Shown here one piece after another: positions 1 to 15,400 of a stretch of DNA of 64,000 nucleotides. The DNA lies in the NCBI RefSeq assembly GCF_009914755.1, contig NC_060948.1. One strand, 5' to 3'. A program made the translations under genes and the position numbers. The notes beneath the pieces were generated by a model. The model worked only from the letters and a program-made list of their open reading frames with translations. It ran no database searches and was not told the origin of the DNA. This DNA comes from the human T2T-CHM13v2.0 reference genome, Homo sapiens. How positions within the stretch are numbered: the first letter of the stretch is position 1; every line of letters begins with the position of its first letter.

Positions 1-2248
1 GTTTGATCTTTGCTGGTTTAAAGTCTGTTTTATCAGAGACTAGGATTGCAACCCCTGCCTTTTTTTTGTTTTCCATTTGCTTGTTAGATCTTCCTCCATC
101 CTTTTATTTTGAGCCTATGTGTGTCTCTGCACTTGAGATGGATTTCCTGAATACAGCACACTGATGGGTCTTGACTCTTTATCCAGTTTGCCAGTCTGAG
201 TCTTTTAATTGGAGCATTTAGTCCATTTACATTTAAAGTTAATATTGGTATGTGTGAATTTGATCCTGTCATTATGATGTTAGCTGGCTATTTTGCTCGT
301 TAGTTGATGCAGTTTCTCCTAGTCTTGATGGTCTTTATATTGTGGCATGATTTTGCAGCGGCTGATACCGGTTGTTCCTTTCCATGTTTAGCGCTTCCTT
401 CAAGAGCTCTTTTAGGGCAGGCCTGGTGGGACAAAATCTCTCAGCATTTGCTTGTCTGTAAAGTATTTTATTTCTCCTTCACATATGAAGCTTAGTTTGG
501 CTGGATATGAAATTCTGGGTTGAAAATTCTTTTCTTTAAGAATGTTGAATATTGGCCCCCACTCTCTTCTGGCTTGTAGGGTTTCTGCCGAGAGATCTGC
601 TGTTAGTCTGATGGGCTTCCCTTTGAGGGTAACCTGACCTTTCTCTCTGCCTGCCCGTAACGTTTTTTCCTTCATTTCAACTTTGGTTAATCTGACAATT
701 ATGTGTCTTGGAGTTGCTCTTCTCGAGGAGTATCTTTGTGGCATTCTCTGTATTTCCTGAATCTGAACATTGGCCTGCCTTGCTAGAGTGAGGAAGTTCT
801 CCTGGATAATATCCTGCAGAGTGTTTTCCAACTTGGTTCCATTCTCCCCATCACTTTCAGGTACACCAATCAGATGTAGATTTGTTCTTTTCACATAGTC
901 CCATATTTCTTGGAGGCTTTGCTCGTTTCTTTTTATTCTTTTTCCTCTAAACTTCCCTTCTCACTTCATTTCATTCATTTCGTCTTCCACCACTGATACC
1001 CTTTCTTCCAGTTGATCGCATTGCCTCCTGAGGCTTCTGAATTCTTCACGTAGTTCTCGAGCATTGGTTTTCAGCTCCATCAGCTCCTTTAAGCACTTCT
1101 CTGGATTGGTTATTCTAGTTATACATTCTTCTAAATTTTTTTCAAAGTTTTCAACTTCTTTGCCTTTGGTTTGAATGTCCTCCCATAGCTCAGAGTAATT
1201 TGATCATCTGAAGCCTTCTCACAGCTCGTCAAAGTCATTCTCCATCCAGCTTTGTTCCATTGCTGGTGAGGAACTGAGTTCCTTGGAGGAGGAGAGGCAC
1301 TCTGCGTTTTAGAGTTTCCAGTTTTTCTGTTCTGTTTTTTCCCCATCTTTGTGGTTTTATCTACTTTTGGTCTTTGATGATGGTGATGTACAGATGGGTT
1401 TTTGCTGTGGATGTCCCTTCTGTTTGTTCGTTTTCCTTCTAACAGACAGGACCCTCAGCTGCAGGTCTGTTGGAATACCCTGCCGTGTGAGGTGTCAGTG
1501 TGCCCCTGCTTGGGGTGCCTCCCAGTTAGGCTGCTCGGGGGTCAGGGGTCAGGGACCCACCTGAGGAGGCAGTCCGCCCATTCTCAGATCTCCAGCTGCC
1601 TGCTGGGAGAACCACTGCTCTCTTCAAATCTGTCAGACAGGGACATTTAAGTCTGCAGAGGTTACTGCTGTCTTTTTGTTTGTCTGTGCCCTGCCCCCAG
1701 AGCTGGAGCCTACAGAGGCAGGTAGGCCTCCTTGAGCTGTGGTGGGCTCCAACCAGTTGGAGCTTCCTGGCTGCTTTGTTTATGTAAGCAAGCCTGGGCA
1801 ATGGTGGCCGCCCCTCCCCCAGCCTCGCTGCCACCTTGCAGTTTGATCTCAGACTGCTGTGCTAGCAATCTGCGAGACTCCGTGGGCGAAGGACCCTCCG
1901 AGCCAGGTACAGGATATAATCTCGTGGTTCACCATTTTTTAAGCCGGTCCGAAAAGCACAGTATTTGGGTGGGAGTGACCCGATTTTCCAGGTGCGTCCG
2001 TCACCCTTTTCTTTGACTCGGAAAGGGAACTCCTTGACCCCTTGAGCTTCCCAAGTGAGGCAATGCCTCGCCCTGCTTCGGCTCGCACACGGTGCACGCA
2101 CCCACTGACCTGTGCCCACTGTCTGGCACTCCCTAGTGATATGAACCCGGTACCTCAGATGGAAATGCAGAAATCACCTGTCTTCTGCGTCGCTCACGCT
2201 GGGAGCTGTAGACCAGAGCTGTTCCTATTCAGCCATCTTGGCTCCTCC
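1..2248 (-). mobile_element. LINE-1, young (L1PA3/L1PA2-like): 5'UTR, disrupted ORF1, start of ORF2; runs off the window's left edge
   Basis: 5' end GGAGGAGCCAAGATGGCTGAATAGGAACAGCTC at 2248; ORF1 start MGKKQNRKTGNSK (1346) and ORF1 fragment 412-894; ORF2 start MTGSNSHIPILTLNVNG at 272 with early stop; short 5'UTR form (GGAATACCCTGCCGTGTGAGG). Confidence 0.97.
1801..2016 (+). CDS. L1 ORF0 (antisense ORF of the 5'UTR), open 71-codon frame
   Basis: ATG 1801 to stop 2016: MVAAPPPASLPPCSLISDCCASN...GVTRFSRCVRHPFL, matching primate L1 ORF0; expression unknown. Confidence 0.8.
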   Translation: MVAAPPPASLPPCSLISDCCASNLRDSVGEGPSEPGTGYNLVVHHFLSRSEKHSIWVGVTRFSRCVRHPFL

Positions 2249-2385
2249 AACTGTACTCCTTTCTTAAAGCATAAAAAAATTCTACTCAAAATGAATTAAA
2301 GACTTAAAAGTAAAACCCAAAATTTCAAAAAACCAAAAACCCTGGAAGATAACCTAGAAGATAATCATTCTAAACATAGGATCTG

Positions 2386-2714
2386 ATGAAATTGGAAATC
2401 ATTATTCTCAGTAAACTATCGCAAGAACAAAAAACCAAACACAGCATACTCTCACTCATAGGTGGGAATTGAACAATGAGAACACGTGGACACAGGAAGG
2501 GGAACATCACACTCTGGGGACTGTTGTGGGGTGGGGGGATGGGGAGGGATAGCATTGGGAGATATACCTAATGCTAGATGACGAGTTAGTGGGTGCAGCG
2601 CACCAGCATGGCACATGTATACATATGTAACTAACCTGCACATTGTGCACATGTACCCTAAAACTTAGAGTATAATAATAATAAAATAATAATAAAATAA
2701 AATAAAATAAAATA
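2386..2714 (+). mobile_element. 5'-truncated young L1 (L1PA2-like) 3' end with patterned (AATAA)n tail
   Basis: TSD AAACATAGGATCTG at 2372-2385 and 2715-2728; GCTAGATGACGAGTTAG (GAG, not the Ta ACA diagnostic). Confidence 0.93.
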
Positions 2715-2945
2715 AAACATAGGATCTGGCTAATATTTCCTGATGAAGACTCCAAAAGCAATGGCAAGAAAGAAGTAAATTGACAAGTGACACCCAATTA
2801 AAAAGCTTCTGCACAGCAGAATGAACTATCCAAGGTAGATAGAAAACCTACAGAATGGGAGAAAATATTTGCAGTTCAATATTCCATAAGGAACTTAAAT
2901 TTACAAGAAATAACAACCCCATTGAAAAGTGAGCAAAGGACATAG

Positions 2946-3292
<347 letters not shown>

Positions 3293-3296
3293 ATAA

Positions 3297-3673
<377 letters not shown>

Positions 3674-3838
3674 CTCATCTGACTTTTATGATTACAAAGT
3701 AAAAGAAAAAATAACAGATGCTGGTGAGGTTCTGGAGAAAAGCGTATGCTTATACACTGCTGGGGGGAATGTAAATTAGTTCAGCTATTGTGGAAAGCAG
3801 TTTAACAAGTTCTGGAAGAATTTAAAACAGAAATACCA

Positions 3839-4148
<310 letters not shown>

Positions 4149-4311
4149 TCACCCATCAATCCCATTATTAGGTAGATACCTAGAGAACTATAAATCATTC
4201 TAACATAAAGACACACACACACACTCAACACACACACACATTTATTTCAGAAAAGTTTACAATAGCAAAGACATGGAATTAACCTAAATGACCATCAATG
4301 ACAGAAGGGAT

Positions 4312-4626
<315 letters not shown>

Positions 4627-6324
4627 GCAGAAGGAATTTTTAAAATGTGATACACATGCACCATGGAATACTATGCTGCCATAAAAGAACATTAATGTCC
4701 TCTGCAGCAACATGGATGGCCATTATTCAAAGGAAACCAATGCAGGAACAGAAAACCAAACATTGCATGTTGTTATTTATAAGTGGAAGCTAAACACTGA
4801 GTATATATGGACATAAAGAAAGAAACAACAGCCACCTGGACTTACTTGATGGTTAAGTTTGGGAAATAAGATGAAGATGAAACACTACCTATTGAGCACT
4901 ATGCATTTTACCTGGGTGACAAAATAATATGCCGACCAAGTTCCTGTGAAATGCAATTTACCTATATAACTAACCTGCACATGGGTTCTTGAACCTAAAA
5001 TAGAAGTTAAAAAAGGAAACTAATTACAGAAAAATGTAGACAGAATTCTTTGGGATTCAGCAAGATAAAAGTTGATTTCGGGCATATTTCTGAAAAAGCA
5101 GATGCATCAATTCCATTTTGTCATAAAAAATTTAGTTTTCTTTTCACTCAGTGTTTGTAACTCAAATTTAAAGTTCATCTTTTTTAGGTAGAGCATTGTT
5201 TTAGTAAATCTTTTTTGATAATAACTGAAGCAGGCAAAAAAGTTTTATTATTCAATAAAATAAACAAATCAGAAAATTTTTTAAAGTTTGAAGAAACATA
5301 TCGGAATTTCTTCTCAACCTAAAATGTTTTTTTTTTTCCTTTTAATGAGTATATCTTCCTCATTGAAATTTTTGTTGTACAAATGTTTAATATGATTTCA
5401 GAATACCTTTTTTAACCACATATTTCTGACCGGCTTAGAAGGTGATAGTGTTTGTGATGAAAATAGATTATGTGCAATATTCACAAAAGTACCTTTTAAG
5501 ATAGTTGTATGAGCTCCTAGGGAAAATTTGATTTTTACTGCCCTATAATATACATTTGTCTTCAGCAGACACTTTTATGATTGTGACATACACCTGGTTT
5601 CACTTTAGTCATATTCCTTCTAAGGGAATAGCTAAGTATATTGTAAAGACAAAGGTAGCACGCTTGTCTAATATTAACTTGGAAACAATATAGTTAAGCT
5701 ATTTGCTGTTTATATATGAATAAATGTTTGTAGAATCATGTTGTTTCCCAAATTCTTAGCAAAATGATGACAACCAGATTTAATATTATCTTAAAATGCA
5801 TTTAATAAATGTGATTTACCTATAGAAGTATAAATGCTTTTAAATATATGATGGCATATCCATCAGTTGTCAGTGTAATATTCATGTTCTCTCATGGAAA
5901 AGGCAGGTGATATGAAAGAAATATGATCACATGAAAACACTTCTAGTATCTCCAGAAATTAAATGAGAACTAATTTTTTGTTAGTAAGTAAGCAGGAAGT
6001 TTCTTAAAATCTTTCAAAGTTTAGTTTTGTGTATCATAAACTGGTCTTGCTACCGTACTTTGAACAAATCTAAAGGAAACCATTTGAAAAAATATTTTGA
6101 AATAAGATTTTAAAAATGTCTTAAGTATAAAAAGCTCATTATGACATTATCTACAAAGATAGAAGAGATTTTAATGTCCCAAATAAAAAAATCAATTTTG
6201 ATTAATGGCATATTAATAACCATTCTAAGGTCTAAATAAATAACCCAGAAAACACTACAATAGAAAGAGAAAAAAAGTAAAATGCAAATGAAAAACTATA
6301 AGAATAAAACCACATTTATTATTC

Positions 6325-6720
6325 CATACTCTATTTCCATTTATGTACATTAACTCCCACTTGTATGTGAAAATATGTATATTTGACTATTTCTAGGTTG
6401 TTTTGCTTAAGATAATGCCTCTATTCAAAAGGCATTCATGTTATTACAAAAGGCATAACTCCATTCTTTTTATGGCTGAATAGTATTCCATGCATATAGA
6501 TTATATGTAATATTTACAAAAGTACAAAGAGATGAGCAATTACTCAATGGATATGATGTACATTATTTAGGCGATAATTATACTTAAAGTGCAGACTTAA
6601 CCACTACATAATATATACATGTAATAAAATTGAATGTATACTCCTTCAATTTACACGAAAAAGAAAACTATATACCTCATGAATATGCATAATTACTATT
6701 TTTTCAATTTAAAAATGTTA
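6325..6720. mobile_element. Old L1 3'-end fragments in opposite orientations
   Basis: TTTTTATGGCTGAATAGTATTCCA (minus) then ...CAGACTTAACCACTACATAATATATACATGTAA (plus). Confidence 0.6.
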
Positions 6721-6724
6721 AATA

Positions 6725-7010
<286 letters not shown>

Positions 7011-7664
7011 AAGAAAGTTAAATGTGTATATGTACTTTTTATTTTTAAAATTATAACTCCACATTTTAATAACTGCCTTGCACAGAAAACATAATGATCG
7101 ACCCATCTTCCCAAAGCTAAAATAGATTGAGCTGGGTAATCTTCATTTGATTGTAAGTATTGGGAAATAACAGAAAAATAAATGAGGATCAAAAGTTAGA
7201 GTGGGACTAGTAAGTGTTAAGCTAACTCTCAATTATAAACTGAAGCATGAAAACTTTAATGCTCAGGCAATGAGAGGACAGTAAAGAAAGAAAAGTGTAT
7301 GATGTTCATACTGTTAGCCCTACAATTAATAAGAAAGCAGGACATATGAAAGGATACAGATTTAAAAATATTACAGAGTATATGATTAAGAAATTAACCT
7401 TAGTAACATGGTTTAGATTATTAATTTAAATTTAAGTATTCAGATATTTGGTTAGTATATCTAAACTAATAGCAATGAAAGGAGCAAGTTAACCAAGATA
7501 TTGTACAGAAACAACTCACAGTATTGATGACAATCTAGGTGAGAAAATACAGATTATTTATATATATACATATATGTATGATAGAAAAAATTAAAGTTTT
7601 ACTGATGTAGTTGAAAATAATGTAAAAGTATATTTTGTACAGATACATGGAAGAGTCACTTTTT

Positions 7665-9825
7665 AAAACTTTTAGATTAAGTTCTGGTGTAAATGTGCTG
7701 GTTTGTCATATAGGTAAACTTGTGTCACGGGGGTTTGTTGTACAGATTATTTTGTCACCAGGGTAGTAACCCTAGCACCAGTTAGTTATTTTTCTTGATC
7801 CTCTTTCTTCTTTCACTTTTCATTCTCTGGTAGGCTCCAGCGTCTGTTGTTTTTTTCTTTGTGCCCGTGTTTTCTCACTATTTAGCTTCAACTTCTAAGT
7901 GGAGAAGATGTGGTATTTGGTTTTCTTTTTTTACATTAGTTTGCTAAGAATGATGACCTTCAGCTCCATCCATGCTTCTGCAAACACATGGTCTCATTCT
8001 TTTTTATAGCTGTGTAGTACTCCATAGTGTATATGTGTCATATTTTCTTTATCTGGTCTACCATTGATGGGCATTTAATTTGATTCCATGTTTTTGCCAT
8101 TGTGAGCAGTGCTGCAATAAACATTCACATACATGTCTCTTTATAATAAAACAATGTATATTCCTTTAGTTATATGCCTAGTGGAATTACTGGGTCAAAT
8201 GATAGCTCTGTTTTAAGCTCCTTGAGGAATTTCAACACTGCTTTCTGTAATGATTGAACTAATGTACAGTCTCACCAACAGTGCATAAGTGTTCTGTTTG
8301 CTAGCATTTATTTTTTTACTTTTTACTAATAGCCATGCTGACTGGTGTGAGATGGTACCACATTGTGGTTTATACTTGCATTTCTCGAATGATCAGTAAT
8401 AAATTTTTTTGAAATATGATTTTTGGCCACTTGTATATCTTCCTTAGAAAAGTACATTTTCTTGTCCTTTGCCCACTTTTTAATGTAGTTGTTTCTTTCT
8501 TGTACATCTGTTAATGTTCCTAATAGATGATTAATATTAAACATTTGTCTGATGCATAGTTTGCAGAAATTATCTCCCACTGCAGAGGTTGTCTGTTTAC
8601 ACTGCTGATAGTTTCTTATGTGTTGCAAAAGCTCTTTTGTTTAATTATATTTCATTTATCAATTTTTGATTTTGTTGCAATTCCAACACCATTTTTTGAA
8701 TAGGGAGTCATTTCCCCATTGTTTTTTTTTTTTTTTTTTTTTGTCACCGTTGTCAAAGATCAGATGGTTGCAGGTGTCCAGCCTCATTTGTGGGCTCTCT
8801 ATTCTGTTTCATTTGGTTTATGTGTCTATGTTTGTACCGGTACTATGCTGTTCTGGTTATTGTCGCATTGTTGTGTAGTTTGAAGTTGGGTAGCATGATG
8901 CCTCCAGCTTTGTTATTTTTGCTTGGGATTGTCTTGGCTATTTGGGATCTCTTTTGGTTCTATGTGAATTTAAAAATAGTTACTTTTAGTTCTGTGAAGA
9001 ATTTCATTGGTAGTTTGATAAAAATAGAATTGAGTCCTTAAATTTATTTGGGATGTATTGTTAAAATATTAACAATATTGGGCCAGGCATGGTGGCTCAC
9101 ACCTGTAATCCCAGCACTTTGAGAGGCTGAGGTGGGTGGATCAAGAGGTCAGGAATTCAAGATCAACCTGGCCAACAGGGCGAAACCCCATCTCCACTAA
9201 AAATACAAAAATTAGCCAGGCATGGTGGCATGCACCTGTAGTCCCAGCTACTTGGATGCTGAGGCAGAGAATGCTTGAACCTGGGAGGTGGAGGTTGCAG
9301 TGAGCCAAAATGGTGCCACTGCACTCCAGCCTGGGTGAAAGAACAATACTCTGTCTCAAAAAAAAAAAAAAAAAATAATTAACCATATTGATTTTTCCTA
9401 TCCATGAGCATAACATTTTTTTGTTTGTGTCTTCTCTGATTTCTTTGAACAGTGCTTTATAATTTTTATTGCAGAAATCTCTCACCTTTCTTGTAATTAT
9501 TCCCTGTATTTCTAGGGTTTTTTTTTCTTTTTTGTGGTGATTGTGAATGGGATAGTAGTTCTGATTTGCCTGTTAGGTAGACTGTTGTTGATGAATGGGA
9601 ATGCTAGTTATCTTTGTTCATTGCTGTTGTACCCTGAGACTTTGCTACAGTTATCAATATTTAGGGAGCTTTTGGACTGAGACTGTAGAGTTTTCTATAT
9701 ATAGAATCATGTCATCAGCAAACAGGAATAGTTTGACTTCGTCGCTTCCTATTTGGATGTCCTTTATATTTTGTCTTGCTGATTGCACTAACCAAGACTT
9801 TGATTACTGTGTTGAATAGGAGTGG
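7665..9825 (-). mobile_element. L1 (L1PA13-16-like) 3'UTR and ORF2 end, with an internal deletion near 8682 and an Alu
   Basis: 3'UTR ...CATATAGGTAAACTTGTGTCACGGGGGTTTGTTGTACAGATTA; ORF2 remnants [15 protein letters not shown]. Confidence 0.88.
9081..9377 (+). mobile_element. AluS
   Basis: Full dimer, A tail, TSD ATTAAC(A/C)ATATTG. Confidence 0.94.
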
Positions 9826-10311
9826 CTTTGTTATAGTTTCAGTAGGATTGGTGGCAGTTCTTTTTTGAATGTCTGATAGAATTCAGCTGTGAATCTGTCT
9901 GCTCCTGGATATTTTACTGGCAACTTTAAAATTACTGTTTCAATCTTATTACTTCTTATTACTTAGTCAGTATAGAGTTTCTGTTTCTTCCTAGCTTAAT
10001 CTGGGAGGGTTGTACTAATAGATGTTCATGTAGATCTGGTGTGGATCTGAAAGAAAACGAATTTACACTGCTGGTGGAAATGTAAACTAGTACAGCCACT
10101 ATGAGAAACAGTAAAAGATTCCCTAAAGAACTAAAACTTGAACTACCATTTGATCCAACAATCCCACTACTGGGTATCTAGGCATAGGACAATAAGTCAT
10201 TATATTAAAAAGACTCTTGGACATCCATGTTTATAGCAGCACAATTTACAATTGCAATAATATGGAACCTGCCTAAATGCCCATCAACCGATGAGTGAAT
10301 AAAGAAAATGT

Positions 10312-10361
<50 letters not shown>

Positions 10362-10770
10362 AACACACACACACATATATATGTATTTATATACACACAC
10401 ACACATATCATGGGATACTACACCTCCACTAAAAGGGATAAAATAAAGACATTCACAGCAACCTGGATGGAGTTGGATATTTTTATTATAACTCAGTAAC
10501 GGAAAACAAAACATCCTGTGTTCTCACTTATAAGTGGGACTATGCTATGGGGGTGCAAAGGCAGAAGAAGGTTATAATGAACTCTGGGGGCTTGTGGGAA
10601 AAGTTGGGAGGCAGTGAGGGTTAAAATACTACACACTGGGTCTAATATACACTTCTGGGGTCATGGGTGCACCAAAATCTCAGAAATCACCTTTTAGAAA
10701 CTATTAATGTAACTAAATACCACCTGTTCCCCCCAAAACTACTGCAATGATTAAAAAAAGATAATAAAAT
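9826..10770 (+). mobile_element. L1PB-like 3' end with an inverted ORF2 piece (9826-10015) at its 5' side
   Basis: Minus-strand ORF2 segment abuts plus-strand 3' region at ~10015; 3'UTR GGGTGCACCAAAATCTCAGAAATCACC. Confidence 0.72.
10316..10407. repeat. Compound (TA)n/(CA)n microsatellite
   Basis: About 21 TA units followed by short CA runs. Confidence 0.97.
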
Positions 10771-10889
10771 ACCCAGGCGCTTCTAAAAAATGTCTTTTAT
10801 AATATCTTGCAATTTTTTTTCAACATGGGAGTCAAATATGCTTAGGAAATAATAATATATAAGAAAAAGATATACAAATAGCAAAATGA

Positions 10890-12075
10890 TGTTTGATAAA
10901 AATGCTTATCACTAATCATCATGGAAATGCAACTTACAATTACAATAATATATACTTACCAGTTAGAATGGCTTTTATTTTAAAAACACACAGAAGTTAG
11001 GCTGTGCACTGAGGCTTACTCCTGTAATCCTAGCACTTTGGGAGGCTGAGATGGGTGGATCACCTGAGGTCAGGAGTTCAAGATGAGCCTGGCTAACATG
11101 GTGAAACTTCTCTCTACCAAAAATATGAAAATTAGCTGGGCATGGTGGCATACACATATAATCTCAGCTAGTTGGGAGGCTGAGGCAGGAGAATTGCTTG
11201 AACACAAAAGGCAAACATTGCAGTAGCTGAGATCACACCACTGCACTCCAGCTTGGGTGACAGAGGGAGACCCTGCCACAGAAATAAATAAATAAATAAA
11301 TAAAAATTAAAAATTAAAACACATAAATTAACAAGCATTGGTGAGAGTATGAAGAAATGGGAACCCCATATGCTGTTGGTGGGAATGTGCACCAATAGAC
11401 ACATTAAGAAAAACAATAAAGTTTCCTTAGAAAACTAAAAATGGAACTATCCCACTTCCAGATATGTATCCAAAAGAACTAAAAAGGGTACGCTGAAGAG
11501 ATATCTGTACTCTCATGTTCATTGCAACATTATTCACAATGGCTAAGACATGAAAGCAAACTAGTTGTTAATCATCAGATAAACACAAAGAAAATCTGAT
11601 ATATATACACAATGAAATATGATTCAACCTTTAAAAATAATGAAATACTGTATTTTGAGATGATAGGGATCAACTCAAAGGACATTATACTTAGTAAAAT
11701 AAGCCAGACACAAGAGACAAATACCACATGATTGCAATTACATGTGGAAACCTAAAAGTCAAACTCATAGAAATAAAGAGTAGAATGGTAATTATGACAA
11801 GATAGAATGGAGAAATTAAAAAAGCTGGTTACACATGCATAATTATAGATAGGAGTATTGTGATTTAGTAATCTATTGTACAAATAGTAACTAAAATAAT
11901 AATGAATTTCATATTTCAAAATGACTGAAAGCATAAATCTTAAATGTTTTCACCAAAATATAAGCATTTAAACTAACAAATCTGTTAATTAGCTTGATTT
12001 AACAATTAACTCTACAGTGTAAGCATATATCAATACATCGTATTATAAATGTATAATATATACACATTTTTTATT
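10890..12075 (+). mobile_element. L1MA-like 3' end containing an Alu
   Basis: GGAAATGCAACTTACAATTACAATA..., AAAATAAGCCAGACACAAGAGACAAATACCACATG, GTTAATTAGCTTGATTTAAC. Confidence 0.82.
11000..11305 (+). mobile_element. AluS with (AAAT)n tail
   Basis: Full dimer; degenerate TSD AAAACACA..A.TTA. Confidence 0.92.
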
Positions 12076-12499
12076 TGTAATTGCATAAATTGTAATTAAT
12101 AGTTTTTAAAAATAAAATAAATTCTCATGATAGAGTAAAATAAGAAATAATATAACATGCAAAATCAAAGACATTATAATTTCAACAGTGGGTTTAATAT
12201 TTCAGAAAATTAATTCAAATATTTTGATTAAACAATACTAACAAACATTTTAATTTTAAAACTTTATGTAACACAACACAGTCACATTTTAGGATAAGAC
12301 TTATAGTTCTGAAATAACCTTACTGTTGCATAAAAAGTTTCTTCTGTTTGCCTAAAAAGAAACAATAAGTCTTTAATAAAGTAAAAGCAATTGTATGTCC
12401 ATGTCTGAAAGTGCTATAATAAGATTTTCTTTTAATTGTATAAGGCAAACTAACTTCCCTTTGATGACAGAGATTATTTTTCTTTTTCTCTTATTTTAT

Positions 12500-15400
12500 A
12501 TCTTTATTTATGTTGTAATTTTTTATTGATGCATAGTAATTGTATCTATAGGGTACATGCAACATTTTGATACATGAATAAAATAAGTAATGATCATGGT
12601 ACGGTATTTAGAATATCCACCACATCAAATATTTATCATTTAATTGTGTTGAAAATATTTTAAATCCTTTTTTCTAGCTACTAAAAAATATGCAATATGT
12701 TGTTATTAACTATAGTCACCCTATACTGTTATCAAACATTAGAGTTTATTCCTTCTACATAACTATATGTTAGTACCCATTAACCCACCTCTGTTTACCA
12801 GCCCCACCTTCACACACTTCTTCCAGCCTCTGGTAATGATCACTATTCTCTCTAGTTTTATGAGATCAATTGTTTTAGCACCAATATATGGGGGAGAACA
12901 TTTAATATTTGTCTCTCTGTGCCTGGCTTAGTTCACTTCACATAATGACCTCCAATTCCACTTTTGTTGCTTGATGCCTAAGTTGATGTCATATCTACAC
13001 TGTTGTGAGTAATTCCACAAAAACATGCAAGCACAGGTATTTATCTGATGTATTGACTTCTTTTGGGTAGATGTCTAGCAATAAAATACTTGAATGGTAA
13101 TTCTATTTTTATTTTTTGAGGAATCTTTATATTGTTTTCCACAGTGGCTGTATTAAATTTCCACCAACGGTATTTAAGAGTTCCCCTTTCTCTCATCTTC
13201 AACAAGATTTTTTGTTTTTTGTCGTTGTAATAAAACCATTCTGATTGGGGTAAGGTGATAGCTAATTGTGGTTTATTATTTTGCATTTCCATGATGATTA
13301 ATAATGTTGACCATTTTTCATGTATCTGTTGGCCATTTCTACATTTTCTCTTTATAAATGTTTATTTACATATTTTCCCTTGATTTTAATGGGATTATTT
13401 ATGTTAACATATATATGTTCTTTGTATATTTTGGATGTTTAGTAACCTATGACATGAATAGGATAAAAACATTTTCTCTCATTTAACAGTAAGTTTTTTC
13501 ACTCAGTTGATTAGTTCTTTTGCTGTGCAGAGCTTTTTAATTTAAGTCCAATTTGTCAATTTTTGTTTTTCTCTCCTGTGCTTTTGAGGTCTTAGTCAAA
13601 AATTCCTTCTGTAAGCCAACATCTTAAAACATACGTCTAGGTTTTCTTTTAGTGTTTTAATGTTTCAGGTCTCACATTCCTAAATATTTCATATATCTTA
13701 AGTTGATTTTTGTATACTGTGAGAGAGAAGAGGCATATGTATTTTTCTGCATGTGGCTATACGATATTCCAACATTTACTATGAGGATTTTTTTTTCCTG
13801 AGTGTAAATTCTTATCAGTTATGTCAAAGATCATTTACATACAAATATATTTTGCAGTTACTTATAGCTGGATTCCCTATTACAGTGCTCTATGTGTCTA
13901 CTTTTATACCACTAACTGTTTTGGTTGGTACAGATTTGTAATACATTTTGAGGTCAAGTAGTATAATGCCTTTAGCTTTGCTCTATTTGCTCAAAATTGG
14001 TTTGTCTATATGTCCTCTTTTGGAGTTTTATAAGAATTTCAGGATTAAAAAAATTCATGAAGAATGATGTTGGGATATTCCTAAGGCTGCACTAAATATT
14101 TAGCTTCTTTTGGGCAATGTGATCATCTTAATGATATCTCTTTTAGTCCATAAGCATGGGATATTTTCCCAGATGTTTGTGTTATGTAAAATTTGTTTCA
14201 ACAGTTTTTTTATTTGTAATTTCCCTTGTAGTAATTGCTTACATCCTCCATTAAATTTAGTCCTAGATAGTTTAATATTTTGCGGCTATTATAAATGAGA
14301 TTGACTTCTTCATTTCTTTCTCAGCTAGATGACTATTGCTGTATGAAAATGCCACTAATTTTTGCAAGCTGTTGTAACCTATAATTTTGCTGAAATTACA
14401 TATCAAATATAATTTTTTTTTTGGTGGAGTCTTTAGGTGTTTCTGCATTTAAGATCGTGTTCTCAGAGAAGAGGTACAGTTTGACTTTCTAATTTCTAAT
14501 TTGGATACTTTTTCTTTCCTTCTTTAGCCTGGTGGCTCTGGCTAATACTCCCGGTGTTATGATGAATAAGAGTGATGAACATGGGTGTCTTTGTATTGTT
14601 CAATTTTGAAGGGAAAGGACTTTTAATTTTTTTCCGTTCAGTGTGATGTCAACTGCGGGTTTATCATATATACCCTTTATTGTTTGAGATATGTTCCTTC
14701 TATGACCGCATTGTTGCATTTTTTTTATGATGAAGGGATGCTAAATTTTACCAAATGCTTTTCTTGTATATATTGAGATGACTATATTATTTTGGTCCTT
14801 TATTCTGTTGATGTGATATATCATGCTTACAGATTTACACATGTTGAACCAGGCCTGCACCTCGGCTGTAAATTCCACTTGGTCTTCATGCAATGTATTT
14901 TCGATGTGCTGCTGGATTCTGATTGGTGGTAATTTGTTGAGAATTTGTGTGTCTGTTTTCAGCAGTGATACTAGACTGAAGTTTTTGTTGCTATTATTGT
15001 TGTTTTGTTTTTGTTTGATTTGGGCATCAGGGTGATCCTGGCCTTCTAGAATGAATTGAGAAGAATTTTCTATTTTATCCTTCTTTTGAATAGTTTTGGA
15101 AGAATTGATATTAGTTCTGTGTGAATGTGGCAGAATTTGGCTAACAATCTGTCCAATTTTTGGCTTTTTGTTGGAGGACTTTTTATTACTGATTCAATCT
15201 TGCTACTCATTATTGGTCGGTTCAGGTTTTCCATTTGTTATTGATTCAGTCTGTATAATTGCATGATTTCAGAAATTTGTTCATGTCCTGTAATTTTTCC
15301 AGTTCATTTGTGTATGTTTGTTCATAATAGTCTCATGATCCTTTGGTATTATTATTACATCACATGTAATGTCTTTTTTTTATTTTTGATTTTCTTTATT

